From contig CAYFWW010000026.1 of NCBI GenBank assembly GCA_964346985.1, positions 690 through 64,689 of the forward strand: a stretch of DNA of 64,000 nt, read 5' to 3'. This DNA is from an uncultured Actinomycetota bacterium. Its GTDB lineage: Bacteria; Actinomycetota; Aquicultoria; CAYFWW01. Position numbers and translations under genes: made by a program. The first letter of the stretch is position 1; every line of letters starts with the position of its first letter. The notes beneath the pieces are model-generated. The model made no database searches, was not told the origin of the DNA, and saw only the letters and a list, made by a program, of their open reading frames with translations. This document shows positions 1 to 8,490 of the stretch, piece after piece.

Positions 1-474
1 ATTGCCCAAGTAGATAGTAGTAACTATCCCCCAATAGTTCAAAAGTTAGTAGAAAGATTCAACTTAGATGCTGATGAAGTTATGGAAGTCTTTGATGAAG
101 CCCGAGAAGAAAGGTATGAAGAGATGCAGGAACGCATTGATGAGAGGTTGGATCAAGCAGTAGAAAACGGGAGGATTAGCGAAGCGCAAAAAGATGCAAT
201 CTTAGATAAACTGGATGAAATGCATGACAAAGGCCAGGAATTAAAAGGCCTTTCGGTAGAAGAAAGGCGTAAGGCAATAATCGAGTTCCGTAAGGAACTA
301 AGAGATTGGGCAGAAGAAAATGACATCGACTTGGATTTATTGCCCAGGTTTGGCCCAGGTAATGGTGGCCGCGGTGGGATTGGAGCCGGTGGTTGTTTCG
401 GACCTGGAGGTCATGGCCCAAATAGTTCACCTGGAGGTCATGGCTCAATGATGAATTCAGGAATTCAAGGATAA
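1..474 (+). CDS. hypothetical protein, 5'-truncated at window edge; charged helical region with Gly-rich C-terminal tail
   Basis: Frame 1 is open from base 1 with no stop before the ATG at 82 used by the ORF track. Stop TAA 472-474. Tail GPGNGGRGGIGAGGCFGPGGHGPNSSPGGHG. Followed by a clean terminator. Confidence 0.5.
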   Translation: MAQVDSSNYPPIVQKLVERFNLDADEVMEVFDEAREERYEEMQERIDERLDQAVENGRISEAQKDAILDKLDEMHDKGQELKGLSVEERRKAIIEFRKELRDWAEENDIDLDLLPRFGPGNGGRGGIGAGGCFGPGGHGPNSSPGGHGSMMNSGIQG

Positions 475-498
475 TTATATCTATCAACCCCCATAATT

Positions 499-541
499 GA
501 GAAACACTCCATTTATATATAAAGGGAGTGTTTCTCTTTTT
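499..541 (+). terminator. rho-independent terminator
   Basis: GAGAAACACTCC (499-510) pairs perfectly with GGAGTGTTTCTC (525-536), followed by a T-run. Confidence 0.8.
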
Positions 542-671
542 ATATATCAAAGCAATTAATTAGATTGCTGCTAAACTATTGCCTGGTTTACTCCGCTTCT
601 GTTTAACTTAATGAGAATATCTTGGAAAAGATGTTTTTTGAGGATAAGTTTTTGGAATATATATAAAAAAT

Positions 672-700
672 TTGACATTACTGAATAATCAGAATATACT
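672..700 (+). promoter_or_regulatory. sigma70-type promoter (TTGACA-17 nt-TATACT)
   Basis: TTGACA at 672-677, 17-nt spacer, TATACT at 695-700, about 35 nt upstream of the ATG at 734. Confidence 0.6.
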
Positions 701-714
701 GAAATTACAGAATA
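679..714 (+). repeat. two tandem 18-nt direct repeats overlapping the -10/TSS region (candidate operator)
   Basis: TACTGAATAATCAGAATA (679-696) and TACTGAAATTACAGAATA (697-714) share 14/18 identity. The first contains CTGA-N4-TCAG dyad symmetry. Confidence 0.4.
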
Positions 715-733
715 ATAAAAAGGAGATATAATA

Positions 734-1012
734 ATGGTCAAAACAGATAATAAAAATTCAACTGGCCTGACGAGTAATTTTATGGATTGTTGTCAAGTTG
801 AATCAGTTATAGGAGTTGATGAAAGAGGACAGATGGTAATGCCTAAAGAGCTAAGAGAGAAAGCAGGCATAAATGCCGGAGATAAGCTGGCTGTCGTGAC
901 CAGTCGAAAAGGAGACGATGTATGCTGCATAATGCTTATAAAGACCGAATATCTATCCGACATGGTTAAAAATTTCTTAGGCCCGGCCCTTGGAGATATT
1001 AATAGCAAATAG
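734..1012 (+). CDS. AbrB/MazE/SpoVT-family DNA-binding protein
   Basis: Looped-hinge-helix signature ERGQMVMPKELREKAGINAGDKLAV. AAGGAG RBS upstream of the ATG. Two CC pairs (DCCQ, VCCI). Confidence 0.7.
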   Translation: MVKTDNKNSTGLTSNFMDCCQVESVIGVDERGQMVMPKELREKAGINAGDKLAVVTSRKGDDVCCIMLIKTEYLSDMVKNFLGPALGDINSK

Positions 1013-1040
1013 TATAAGTCTATAAGGATTGGAAGGATTG

Positions 1041-1874
1041 ATGATGGAAGAAGAAAAAGTCAAGAAGCTAGTTCGCCAAAATTACGGCGCAATCGCCAAA
1101 AACAACAGAAGCTGTTGTAACAGTATAGATACCTCTTCTTGTCAGGAAGAGGCACAGGAGAAAATTAGTAAAGAAATTGGATACTCAGAAGAAGAGATTA
1201 ATAAAGTACCCGAAGGATCAAACCTTGGCCTGGGTTGCGGTAATCCGGTAGCCTTAGCTTCATTAAAAGAAGGAGAGACAGTACTGGATCTGGGTTCTGG
1301 TGCAGGGTTTGATTGCTTTCTAGCTGCGGAAAGAGTTGGACAGAATGGAAAAGTAATTGGTATTGATATGACTGCAGAGATGATTGAAAAGGCTAGGGAA
1401 AATGCCAATAAAGGTAATTACGGAAATGTGGAATTCAGGTTAGGGGAGATAGAAGCTATGCCGGTTGCCGATAGTTCTGTCGACATAATAATTTCAAACT
1501 GTGTAATTAATTTATCTCCTGAAAAAAAGAAGGTTTTTTCTGAAGCATATAGGGTTATTAAACCTGGTGGTAGAATGATGATTTCAGATATTGTACTCTT
1601 AAAGGAATTACCAGCTCAAATTCTTGAATCAGTAGAAGCCTATATTGGGTGTGTCTCCGGAGCTATTTTGAAAGATAACTATTTAAAGATAATAGAAGAG
1701 GCTGGTTTTAAAAACGTAAAAATCATTAAAGAATCAAAAATGGACAAAGATTTAATTTTAAATGATGAAATTACCAAAAAAATTCTTGATGAAATAACTG
1801 AGAATATTTCATTAAAAGAAATTGAAAAAAGCAGCCAAATTATTGCCAGCGTTCAAGTCGAGGCTTTTAAATAA
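1041..1874 (+). CDS. arsM: arsenite S-adenosylmethionine methyltransferase-like (ArsM family)
   Basis: VRQNYGAIAK...SCC, GLGCGNP, SAM motif VLDLGSGAGFD, NCVINLSPEK, PGGRMMISD. The track start at TTG 1029 is possible; ATG 1041/1044 fits the RBS better. Confidence 0.85.
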   Translation: MMEEEKVKKLVRQNYGAIAKNNRSCCNSIDTSSCQEEAQEKISKEIGYSEEEINKVPEGSNLGLGCGNPVALASLKEGETVLDLGSGAGFDCFLAAERVGQNGKVIGIDMTAEMIEKARENANKGNYGNVEFRLGEIEAMPVADSSVDIIISNCVINLSPEKKKVFSEAYRVIKPGGRMMISDIVLLKELPAQILESVEAYIGCVSGAILKDNYLKIIEEAGFKNVKIIKESKMDKDLILNDEITKKILDEITENISLKEIEKSSQIIASVQVEAFK

Positions 1875-2000
1875 ATTTATTGAATTATAATCTTTAATAA
1901 CCGGTTAATCCAAAAACAAATTATATATTAATTTATAAAGAATAGTTTATATAAAATATTTCAGCTTCTATCCTCATATAATATTTTTAAGTTTCTTTTA

Positions 2001-2798
2001 ATGCATACCGAAAAAAAACAAATGACCGTAAGATACCTAAAAATATTGAACAGGATAATCTTGTCAGTCTTGCTTTTATTGTCAATTTGGATGTATTTTT
2101 CGAGAAACAATTATAAAAGTGTTGATAATATTCATCTGGAAGTAATCAAGGAGCCAATCCAAACTGAAGTTAAATCAAAAGAGCCTATTCGGTTTATTAA
2201 AGACGAATATCAATACGAATTAAAGCCATTATTTGATTATGAAGTCAGTGCCATGATTGTCCACAAGATGGACTACCGGTGGTTCAGTATTTATAAGATG
2301 GATAGTGTTTTTCCGGTAGATTTAATTCTATTATGGGGTGATAATGTCAAGAATAGAGTCTATCAGGATAAAAGTGTCAAGTTTTCTCAGGATGGACGTT
2401 TCGGATACTGGCGATGGGGCAATGGAATTAAGTTTAACAATGATGAAGTCGCCAACACTCATTTGATTGTCAAAGATTCTGAACTTGAGAGAAAAGTCAA
2501 GACTTTAATAAATGGTGATCAAATAAGAATCAAAGGCCAGCTGGTTGAAGTGAATGCTAAGAATTCAGGAAAACCCGGAAAATATGATCCAGCCTCTTTT
2601 TCATTAAAGTCAAGTATAGTTAGAAATGATACTGGAGCCGGGGCATGCGAGATAATAAATGTCGACAGCTTGGAAATATTAGAAAAAGCCAATATTATAC
2701 CTGATTCAATTTTTAAGATAAGTTTTACTCTTCTAATTATTATGGTTTTTTTGAATATTTTATTCTTTTTCCTTGATATCTTTCGGGGGCAAAATTAA
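2001..2798 (+). CDS. hypothetical membrane-anchored protein (N- and C-terminal TM helices)
   Basis: Long ORF with hydrophobic segments ILSVLLLLSIWMYF and FTLLIIMVFLNILFFFL. No family recognised. Confidence 0.5.
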   Translation: MHTEKKQMTVRYLKILNRIILSVLLLLSIWMYFSRNNYKSVDNIHLEVIKEPIQTEVKSKEPIRFIKDEYQYELKPLFDYEVSAMIVHKMDYRWFSIYKMDSVFPVDLILLWGDNVKNRVYQDKSVKFSQDGRFGYWRWGNGIKFNNDEVANTHLIVKDSELERKVKTLINGDQIRIKGQLVEVNAKNSGKPGKYDPASFSLKSSIVRNDTGAGACEIINVDSLEILEKANIIPDSIFKISFTLLIIMVFLNILFFFLDIFRGQN

Positions 2799-2915
2799 AT
2801 CTTATTCTGACAGTATTGGTGATGTTTATCATATTATATTTTAAAAATGAAATAATATTATCTATAATTCAATACTATCTCCATCTAAATTTACTGATTC
2901 TGGATTAAGGCCACT

Positions 2916-3374
2916 CTAGAGAAATGATATTATTCCAAGAGAGACTAAGGTCACTATTATACCGGCAATTATTAAACCCAATGTTATTAAAGGGATTGAG
3001 TTTTTAGGGGGGACCCCGAAGACAAAAGCGGCTAAAGCCCCGCTCCATCCTCCTGTTACAGGTAGGGGTATAGCTACAAATATTACCAAAGCCATGTCTT
3101 TAAATACTTCGAATTTTTTTGAATGTTTACGGCGTGTTCTTTCGAAAAGCCAGTCAAAGAATTTTTTAAAGAGCCTGGATCTTTGAGAAAGAAAGCTTGA
3201 GATACTCTCCAGCATAAAAACTATTAATATTACTGGGATAATATTTCCAATCAGAGACCAGGTAAAAGCTTCCAATCCTGACATTTGATATTTACTTATA
3301 GCCAAAGGAATAGTAAGCCTTAGTTCCGTAAACGGAAACATGGATAAAATGAGTACTATTAATTCTTTTGGCAT
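2916..3374 (-). CDS. small multidrug export protein family (COG2426-like) membrane protein
   Basis: 152 aa, about 4 TM helices, N-terminus MFPFTELRLTIPLAI typical of this family. Confidence 0.55.
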   Translation of the reverse strand: MPKELIVLILSMFPFTELRLTIPLAISKYQMSGLEAFTWSLIGNIIPVILIVFMLESISSFLSQRSRLFKKFFDWLFERTRRKHSKKFEVFKDMALVIFVAIPLPVTGGWSGALAAFVFGVPPKNSIPLITLGLIIAGIIVTLVSLGIISFL

Positions 3375-3671
3375 ATCCGTTTATCCTATTTATGGCTTAA
3401 TTAGATTATGCTAATTATACTTAATATATTGCTGGTTGGTAGATGTTATTATTGAAATATTTTTTCTGAATATCTTTAATCGACCTTCAAAAAATTTCTA
3501 TCCAAATATTATTCATTAAAGACTATTATTCTAAAGACCTAAATTATAAAGTTTTATTTTGCTAGAATTGGAAATATAGATTAATTTTTTAATTAATATT
3601 TTTTCCAAGATTTAAATAAATTAGTTAGTTAATATTATTTTACTTTTCTGGAAGTTTAGAATTAGTGAGGA

Positions 3672-4370
3672 TTGGATTTGGAATATAAAAGATTTTATCT
3701 AGGCGTCAAGCAAGCGATACCAATAGTAATTGGATATCTACCTATTGGCATAGCATATGGGTTAATTGCTAAACAATACGGGCTGAGCTTAACTGAAGGA
3801 ATTCTTATGTCTGTCTTAGTTTTTGCTGGAGCCAGCCAATTTATGGGCGTCGGAATGTTGGCTGCAGGTGCAGGTTTTGTTGAAATAGTTCTGGCTACCT
3901 TTTTTCTAAACTCGAGACATATTTTGATGAGTTCTTCCTTGGCCCAATTTTTTAAAAAGACTAGATTTTTCCATCTATCTATTCTTGCTTTTGGAGTAAC
4001 TGACGAGACGTATGCCTTATCCATAAATGAATTTAAACAAGGCCAAGCTGATATGTGGTCAACGATTGGAATAAACTATACAGCTTACCTGGCCTGGGTT
4101 ACAGGTTCAGTAATCGGTGTCTTTATGGGTGCTGACTTACCTTCATTTTTAAAATCTGGTTTTGATTTTGCTTTATTAGCTATGTTTGTCGGGCTATTGG
4201 CTCTTCAGGCCAAGGGTGAAAAGGATTTCCTAGTTATCCTGGTAGCATCTGTATCTTCATATATAGTCTACTTTAACCTGGCTGGAGTCTGGAATGTGCT
4301 TATAGCCACTATTATCGGGGCAACAACTGGAGTGATATTGGATATATGGACCAAAGAATTGTTTTCATAA
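3672..4370 (+). CDS. azlC: AzlC-family branched-chain amino acid permease
   Basis: GIAYGLIAKQYGLS, VFAGASQFM motif, polytopic, followed by an overlapping azlD. Confidence 0.85.
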   Translation: MDLEYKRFYLGVKQAIPIVIGYLPIGIAYGLIAKQYGLSLTEGILMSVLVFAGASQFMGVGMLAAGAGFVEIVLATFFLNSRHILMSSSLAQFFKKTRFFHLSILAFGVTDETYALSINEFKQGQADMWSTIGINYTAYLAWVTGSVIGVFMGADLPSFLKSGFDFALLAMFVGLLALQAKGEKDFLVILVASVSSYIVYFNLAGVWNVLIATIIGATTGVILDIWTKELFS

Positions 4371-4669
4371 TAATCGGAATGGCAGTTGTTACTTATCTTC
4401 CGAGATTAATTCCTTTGATTGCTCTGTCAAATATGAAGATGCCTAAATTGATAGAGAAGTGGCTTAACTATATCCCGGTTTCAGTTTTTTCAGCATTAAT
4501 TTTTCCAGCCATACTTATTCAAAATGGAAAGTTATCTCTTAGTTTAAGTAACTCCCAGATCTGGGCCAGCTTGATTTGTTTAATTATTATTCTTAAATCA
4601 AAGAATCTAGCTTTGACCGTTTTAACCGGGATTATGATAATTTTAATATTTGAAAATATAATTTTATAA
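4346..4669 (+). CDS. azlD: AzlD-family branched-chain amino acid transport protein
   Basis: 107 aa, hydrophobic, VTYLPRLIPL motif, overlaps azlC by 25 nt. Confidence 0.8.
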   Translation: MDQRIVFIIIGMAVVTYLPRLIPLIALSNMKMPKLIEKWLNYIPVSVFSALIFPAILIQNGKLSLSLSNSQIWASLICLIIILKSKNLALTVLTGIMIILIFENIIL

Positions 4670-4681
4670 TAATAACCAAGA

Positions 4682-5296
4682 ATGTTACCTATTAATATTA
4701 GGCTGAAAAACAGGAAAGTAATAGTAATTGGCGGAGGAAAAATTGCCGAAAAAAGGGCTATTTCCTTACATGAAGCAGGGGCCAATGTAGTTTTGATTTC
4801 TCCTGAGGTAACTACCTTGCTGAAAAAGCATATTGAAGCAGACAAAATATTATGGGTTCGTAGGAAGTATTGTCGAGGGGATTTAAAAGGCGCATTTATT
4901 GGAGTAATTGCAATAAATAACCCGGAAGTTGAGAGCATCTTTATTGAAGAGGCGGCTGAAGAAGGTGTCTTAATAAATCTTTCTTCCAGCTCAAAAAAAA
5001 GCGATATTATCTTTCCAGCTACCGTTAGGAGAGGAAGATTAGAGATTAGTGTCAGTACATCTGGAGCTTTTCCTATGCTTTCAGCTGAGATAGCCCGAGA
5101 TATTGGTCTATATTACGGTGATGATTTTCAGGGTTTTATTGATTTTTTATCCGAATTAAGAGAGATTGTAATAGATAGATATCCCCAAGAAGAGAGAAAA
5201 AAAATATTAAAAAATATACTACAAAAGAAAGAATATATTCTACAGCAAATCAAAGAGGGCAGAAAACCCGAGCTAGATGAGATTTTAGCGAAATAG
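4682..5296 (+). CDS. sirC: precorrin-2 dehydrogenase / sirohydrochlorin ferrochelatase (siroheme synthase N-domain type)
   Basis: Rossmann motif KVIVIGGGKIAEKR and about 200 aa, as for SirC/Met8/CysG-N. Confidence 0.8.
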   Translation: MLPINIRLKNRKVIVIGGGKIAEKRAISLHEAGANVVLISPEVTTLLKKHIEADKILWVRRKYCRGDLKGAFIGVIAINNPEVESIFIEEAAEEGVLINLSSSSKKSDIIFPATVRRGRLEISVSTSGAFPMLSAEIARDIGLYYGDDFQGFIDFLSELREIVIDRYPQEERKKILKNILQKKEYILQQIKEGRKPELDEILAK

Positions 5297-5406
5297 TATC
5301 ATCAAGTAAGTAATTCCTATTATTCCTATCGGAAATCTTGACTATATTATGATAATAATATATCCTATTAAAACAATCGATTTAGTATATTATTCAGGTG
5401 TTTTTA

Positions 5407-6276
5407 ATGGATGTTAATCGTCTTAAAGAAGGCGGAATAATTAAACAAAGACAAGCAGATTATTTCTTTGCACGAATTAAAGTATTAGCCGGTGATATTA
5501 ATTCAAGCCAGTTGAGAAAAGTTGCTGAACTGGCAGAAAAATACGGGCAAGGCTGGGTTCACTTAAGTGTGCGGCAAGGTATTGAGATACCTTTCATTGA
5601 ATACGAAAATTTTGAATCATTAATCTCAGAGTTAGAAGAATCCGGTCTATCAATGGGAGCTTGCGGCCCAAGAGTCAGGGTTGTGGTATCTTGCCCTGGT
5701 TCTGCCATTTGTACTTATGGACTTGTTGATACTAAAAATATGGTAAAAAAGATAGATGAATCTCTATATGGCCGTGAAGGCCTGCCCCATAAATTCAAAG
5801 TTGGTATTTCAGGATGTCCAAGTTCCTGCGCAAAACCACAGGAGAATGACTTAGGCTACTTAGGAATTGTCAAGCCAGTCTTTGATGAAGTTAAAGGGGA
5901 ATGTATTAATTGCAGAATTTGTGCTGAAACATGCCCGACTGGAGCAATAACTCTTGACAGTGAACAAAAACCAGTTATTGACCATTCCAAATGCAGTCTT
6001 GACGGCAGGTGTGTCTCTATTTGCCCGACAGAAGCGATTCAAGCCGAAAGAAAAGGGTGGCGCATATATGTGGGCGGTAAGTTTGGCCGCAAACCTTGCT
6101 TGGGTCTCCCGCTTATTGATTTTGTTGATGATGCAGAAGCTTTAAAAATAGGTGAAAAGGTTTTACAAGCCTACATAGACCTAGGAGAGAAAGGCGAAAG
6201 GTTAAGAGAGGTTATTGATCGTGTGGGATTTGAGAATTTTAAGAAAGAGGTACTGGCTCTTGAAAAACTTTCTTGA
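5407..6276 (+). CDS. small siroheme-[4Fe-4S] sulfite reductase (AsrC/Dsr-like) with embedded 2x[4Fe-4S] ferredoxin domain
   Basis: Siroheme-cluster Cys motif CPGSAIC ... GCPSSC. Ferredoxin motifs CINCRICAETCP and CSLDGRCVSICP. Track start GTG 5398 is an alternative. Confidence 0.8.
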   Translation: MDVNRLKEGGIIKQRQADYFFARIKVLAGDINSSQLRKVAELAEKYGQGWVHLSVRQGIEIPFIEYENFESLISELEESGLSMGACGPRVRVVVSCPGSAICTYGLVDTKNMVKKIDESLYGREGLPHKFKVGISGCPSSCAKPQENDLGYLGIVKPVFDEVKGECINCRICAETCPTGAITLDSEQKPVIDHSKCSLDGRCVSICPTEAIQAERKGWRIYVGGKFGRKPCLGLPLIDFVDDAEALKIGEKVLQAYIDLGEKGERLREVIDRVGFENFKKEVLALEKLS

Positions 6277-6490
6277 TTTACGGGGAGTTATCTGTCCGAT
6301 GAATTTCGTCAAAGCCAAATTAAAGATAGAAGAAGCAAGAGATGGAGAGCAAGTTGAATTCTGGTTGGACGATGGTGAACCAGTTGCTAATGTTCCAAGG
6401 AGCTTGAAGGAAGAAGGACATAAAATCATTGACTTAAAACGTGTTTCTAATTATTTCTGCTTAATTGTAAAAAAGAAAGGAGAAAATTGA
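6260..6490 (+). CDS. tusA: TusA/SirA-family sulfur carrier protein
   Basis: LDLRGVICPMNFVKAKLKIEE is a TusA-type active-site Cys motif. TTG 6260 with AGAGG 9 nt upstream gives about 76 aa. The track ATG 6215 would overlap the sulfite reductase by 62 nt. Confidence 0.7.
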   Translation: MKNFLDLRGVICPMNFVKAKLKIEEARDGEQVEFWLDDGEPVANVPRSLKEEGHKIIDLKRVSNYFCLIVKKKGEN

Positions 6491-7183
6491 ATGGATGATT
6501 TAAGAGAATTAGAAGCTTTAAGCACAGAGGATATAATCAAATGGGCTTATGAACTTCACGGTGACAAGATAGCTATCGCTTCAAGCTTTGGAGCTGAAGA
6601 TGTTGTCTTAATTGATATTGCTCAACGGATAATTGATAAACCGAGAGTATTCACTCTTGATACCGGGCGTCTTCATCAAGAAACATATAAATTAATCGAT
6701 AAGGTTAGAAAAGACTATCAAATCGATATTGAAGTATTTTTTCCAAATTATAAAGATGTTGAAGAAATGGTCAAGGACAATGGTCTTGATCTTTTTTATA
6801 AAGGAATCGAGTATAGAAAACTGTGCTGTAAAGTGAGAAAGATTGATCCCTTAAAAAGGGCCTTGACTGGTCTGAAGGGATGGATTTGCGGTCTTAGGAA
6901 AGAACAGTCGCAAAGCAGGACAGATTTAAAAAAAATTGAAATAGATGAAGCTAACAATGGAATTATCAAGATTAATCCCCTTATTGACTGGTCAATCGAT
7001 GAAATTTGGAATTATATACAAGAAAATAAAGTACCCTATAATCCTCTTCACGATGAAGGTTATCCCAGTATAGGTTGTGAACCATGCACTCGAGCTATTC
7101 AACCCGGTGAAGATGTCCGGGCCGGCCGCTGGTGGTGGGAGAATCCGGAGCAAAAAGAATGCGGAATACACGTCACGAGGTAA
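6491..7183 (+). CDS. cysH: adenylylsulfate (APS)/PAPS reductase, Fe-S-cluster type, thioredoxin-dependent
   Basis: SFGAEDVVLID, LDTGRLHQETY, Cys pair CC (KLCCKVRK) plus CEPC, and C-terminal ECGIH catalytic motif. Confidence 0.9.
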   Translation: MDDLRELEALSTEDIIKWAYELHGDKIAIASSFGAEDVVLIDIAQRIIDKPRVFTLDTGRLHQETYKLIDKVRKDYQIDIEVFFPNYKDVEEMVKDNGLDLFYKGIEYRKLCCKVRKIDPLKRALTGLKGWICGLRKEQSQSRTDLKKIEIDEANNGIIKINPLIDWSIDEIWNYIQENKVPYNPLHDEGYPSIGCEPCTRAIQPGEDVRAGRWWWENPEQKECGIHVTR

Positions 7184-7294
7184 CCATGCATAGAGAAAAC
7201 AAATCTAATTATTCTTATATGGATTTTAATATTTACGACGGCAAATTATTCAGAATTTTAAGATTAAATTTAGCTCGAGATTTTAAATTGACGG

Positions 7295-8062
7295 GTGAGA
7301 CAGTTGGGTTTTGAATTATCCATAATTGGTTTATTTGTCGGCATATTGATAGGTGTTTCCGGTATTGGCGGAGGAGCCATTATGGCACCGATTCTTATTT
7401 TTTTAGGCATTGGCCCGTCATATGTAGTTGGAGCTGATTTGTTCTATTCATTCTTGACAAAATTTGTTGGTGGATTTTATCACTGGAAAAACAATAAAGT
7501 CGATCTGGGCATAACCAAAGATTTGTTATTAGGCAGTATTCCATTTTCTTTGCTAGGTGTTTTGGTTCATAAGTATTTTCAGATTGCCTTTGGTGAAGTG
7601 ACTATCCGTAATATTATAGGTGTCGTGCTTTTATTTGTATCTGTATTTATTCTTGTCAGGGCATTTTGGAAGGTTTCCCCTTGCGAAACAAGATTCAGTC
7701 GGGTAAGAAGATGCCGGAAGAAGGTTCTCTTTATTATTGGCAGTATTGTTGGTTTTTTAGTTGGTTTGACCTCAGTAGGAAGCGGAACTTTAATACTAAG
7801 CAGTTTATTTTTGATTTTTCCCAAATTATCACTGAGTAAGATAGTAAGTACTGATATCTTTCATGGATTTCTTATGGTAAGCGGAGCTGCTTTTCTCCAT
7901 CTTTTTTTAGGAAATGTTAATTTTTTTATTGTTGGTTATATATTACTAGGCTCAATCCCTGGTGTAATACTAGGAAGCAATTTAGCTTTTAAATTGAACG
8001 AAGGGTTTCTTGCCATTTTGCTAGCGTCGCTGCTAGCTTTATCTGGAGTAAAAATGCTATGA
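7295..8062 (+). CDS. TauE/SafE (TSUP) family sulfite/sulfur-compound permease
   Basis: 255 aa, about 8 TM helices, duplicated G-rich motifs (GVSGIGGGAIM, GLTSVGSGTL). Confidence 0.75.
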   Translation: MRQLGFELSIIGLFVGILIGVSGIGGGAIMAPILIFLGIGPSYVVGADLFYSFLTKFVGGFYHWKNNKVDLGITKDLLLGSIPFSLLGVLVHKYFQIAFGEVTIRNIIGVVLLFVSVFILVRAFWKVSPCETRFSRVRRCRKKVLFIIGSIVGFLVGLTSVGSGTLILSSLFLIFPKLSLSKIVSTDIFHGFLMVSGAAFLHLFLGNVNFFIVGYILLGSIPGVILGSNLAFKLNEGFLAILLASLLALSGVKML

Positions 8063-8490
8063 GATTATTTTTTTCAAAAGATACTTATCAGAAAATTATA
8101 GAACACGCTAAAAAGGAGTTTCCTAAGGAAGCCTGTGGGATTATTGGCGGAGTTGAAAACAAAGGGCTAAATGTCTTTCCATTGACCAATACCGATAAGA
8201 GCCCTATTTCATATTTTGCGTCTCCTGAAGAACAATTTAAAGTATTTAAAAAGATTAGAAAAAAAGGTTTGAGCCTAGTAGCAATATATCATTCGCATCC
8301 TCATTCAATCGCTAAGCCTTCTCAGAAAGATGTCGAGTTGGCTTTTTACCCTGATGCATTTTATATTATTATCTCCCTGGCAAATAGGGCTTTGCCTGAT
8401 TTAAAAGCTTTTAAGATTAATCAAAAGAAAGTAGAGGAAGCGGAGATTATTATAAAGGAGGAAGAAGATGCCTATTCAAATTTATATTAA
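8059..8490 (+). CDS. JAMM/MPN+ metalloprotease (Mec/HcyD-like)
   Basis: EACG ... [14 protein letters not shown] is a complete E / HxH-x7-S-xx-D JAMM motif. ATGA overlap with the upstream gene. Confidence 0.85.
   Translation: MRLFFSKDTYQKIIEHAKKEFPKEACGIIGGVENKGLNVFPLTNTDKSPISYFASPEEQFKVFKKIRKKGLSLVAIYHSHPHSIAKPSQKDVELAFYPDAFYIIISLANRALPDLKAFKINQKKVEEAEIIIKEEEDAYSNLY

Noticed and set aside
176-550. 124-aa minus-strand ORF antisense to the first CDS. The same applies to similar antisense ORFs such as 793-1008, 1142-1408, 3695-4024, 4519-4938, 8656-8964, 12307-12615, 15270-15599, 16235-16603, 34033-34389, 37425-37751, 55977-56345, 56409-56747 and 62180-62458.
   Set aside because: They lie entirely inside strongly supported genes on the other strand and have low-complexity, Ser/Leu/Ile-rich translations with no motifs or RBS. 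Such ORFs are expected by chance in AT-rich DNA.
6488-6493. TGA of the tusA-like gene immediately followed in frame by the ATG of cysH (possible readthrough fusion)
   Set aside because: Both proteins are complete at their normal family lengths, and the TGA is not at a catalytic Cys position. This is ordinary tight gene packing.
7132-7314. 60-aa plus-strand ORF spanning the cysH 3' end and the cysH-tauE spacer. The same applies to the alternate-frame ORFs 5954-6145 and 9681-9926.
   Set aside because: They overlap supported genes in another frame and show no family resemblance.
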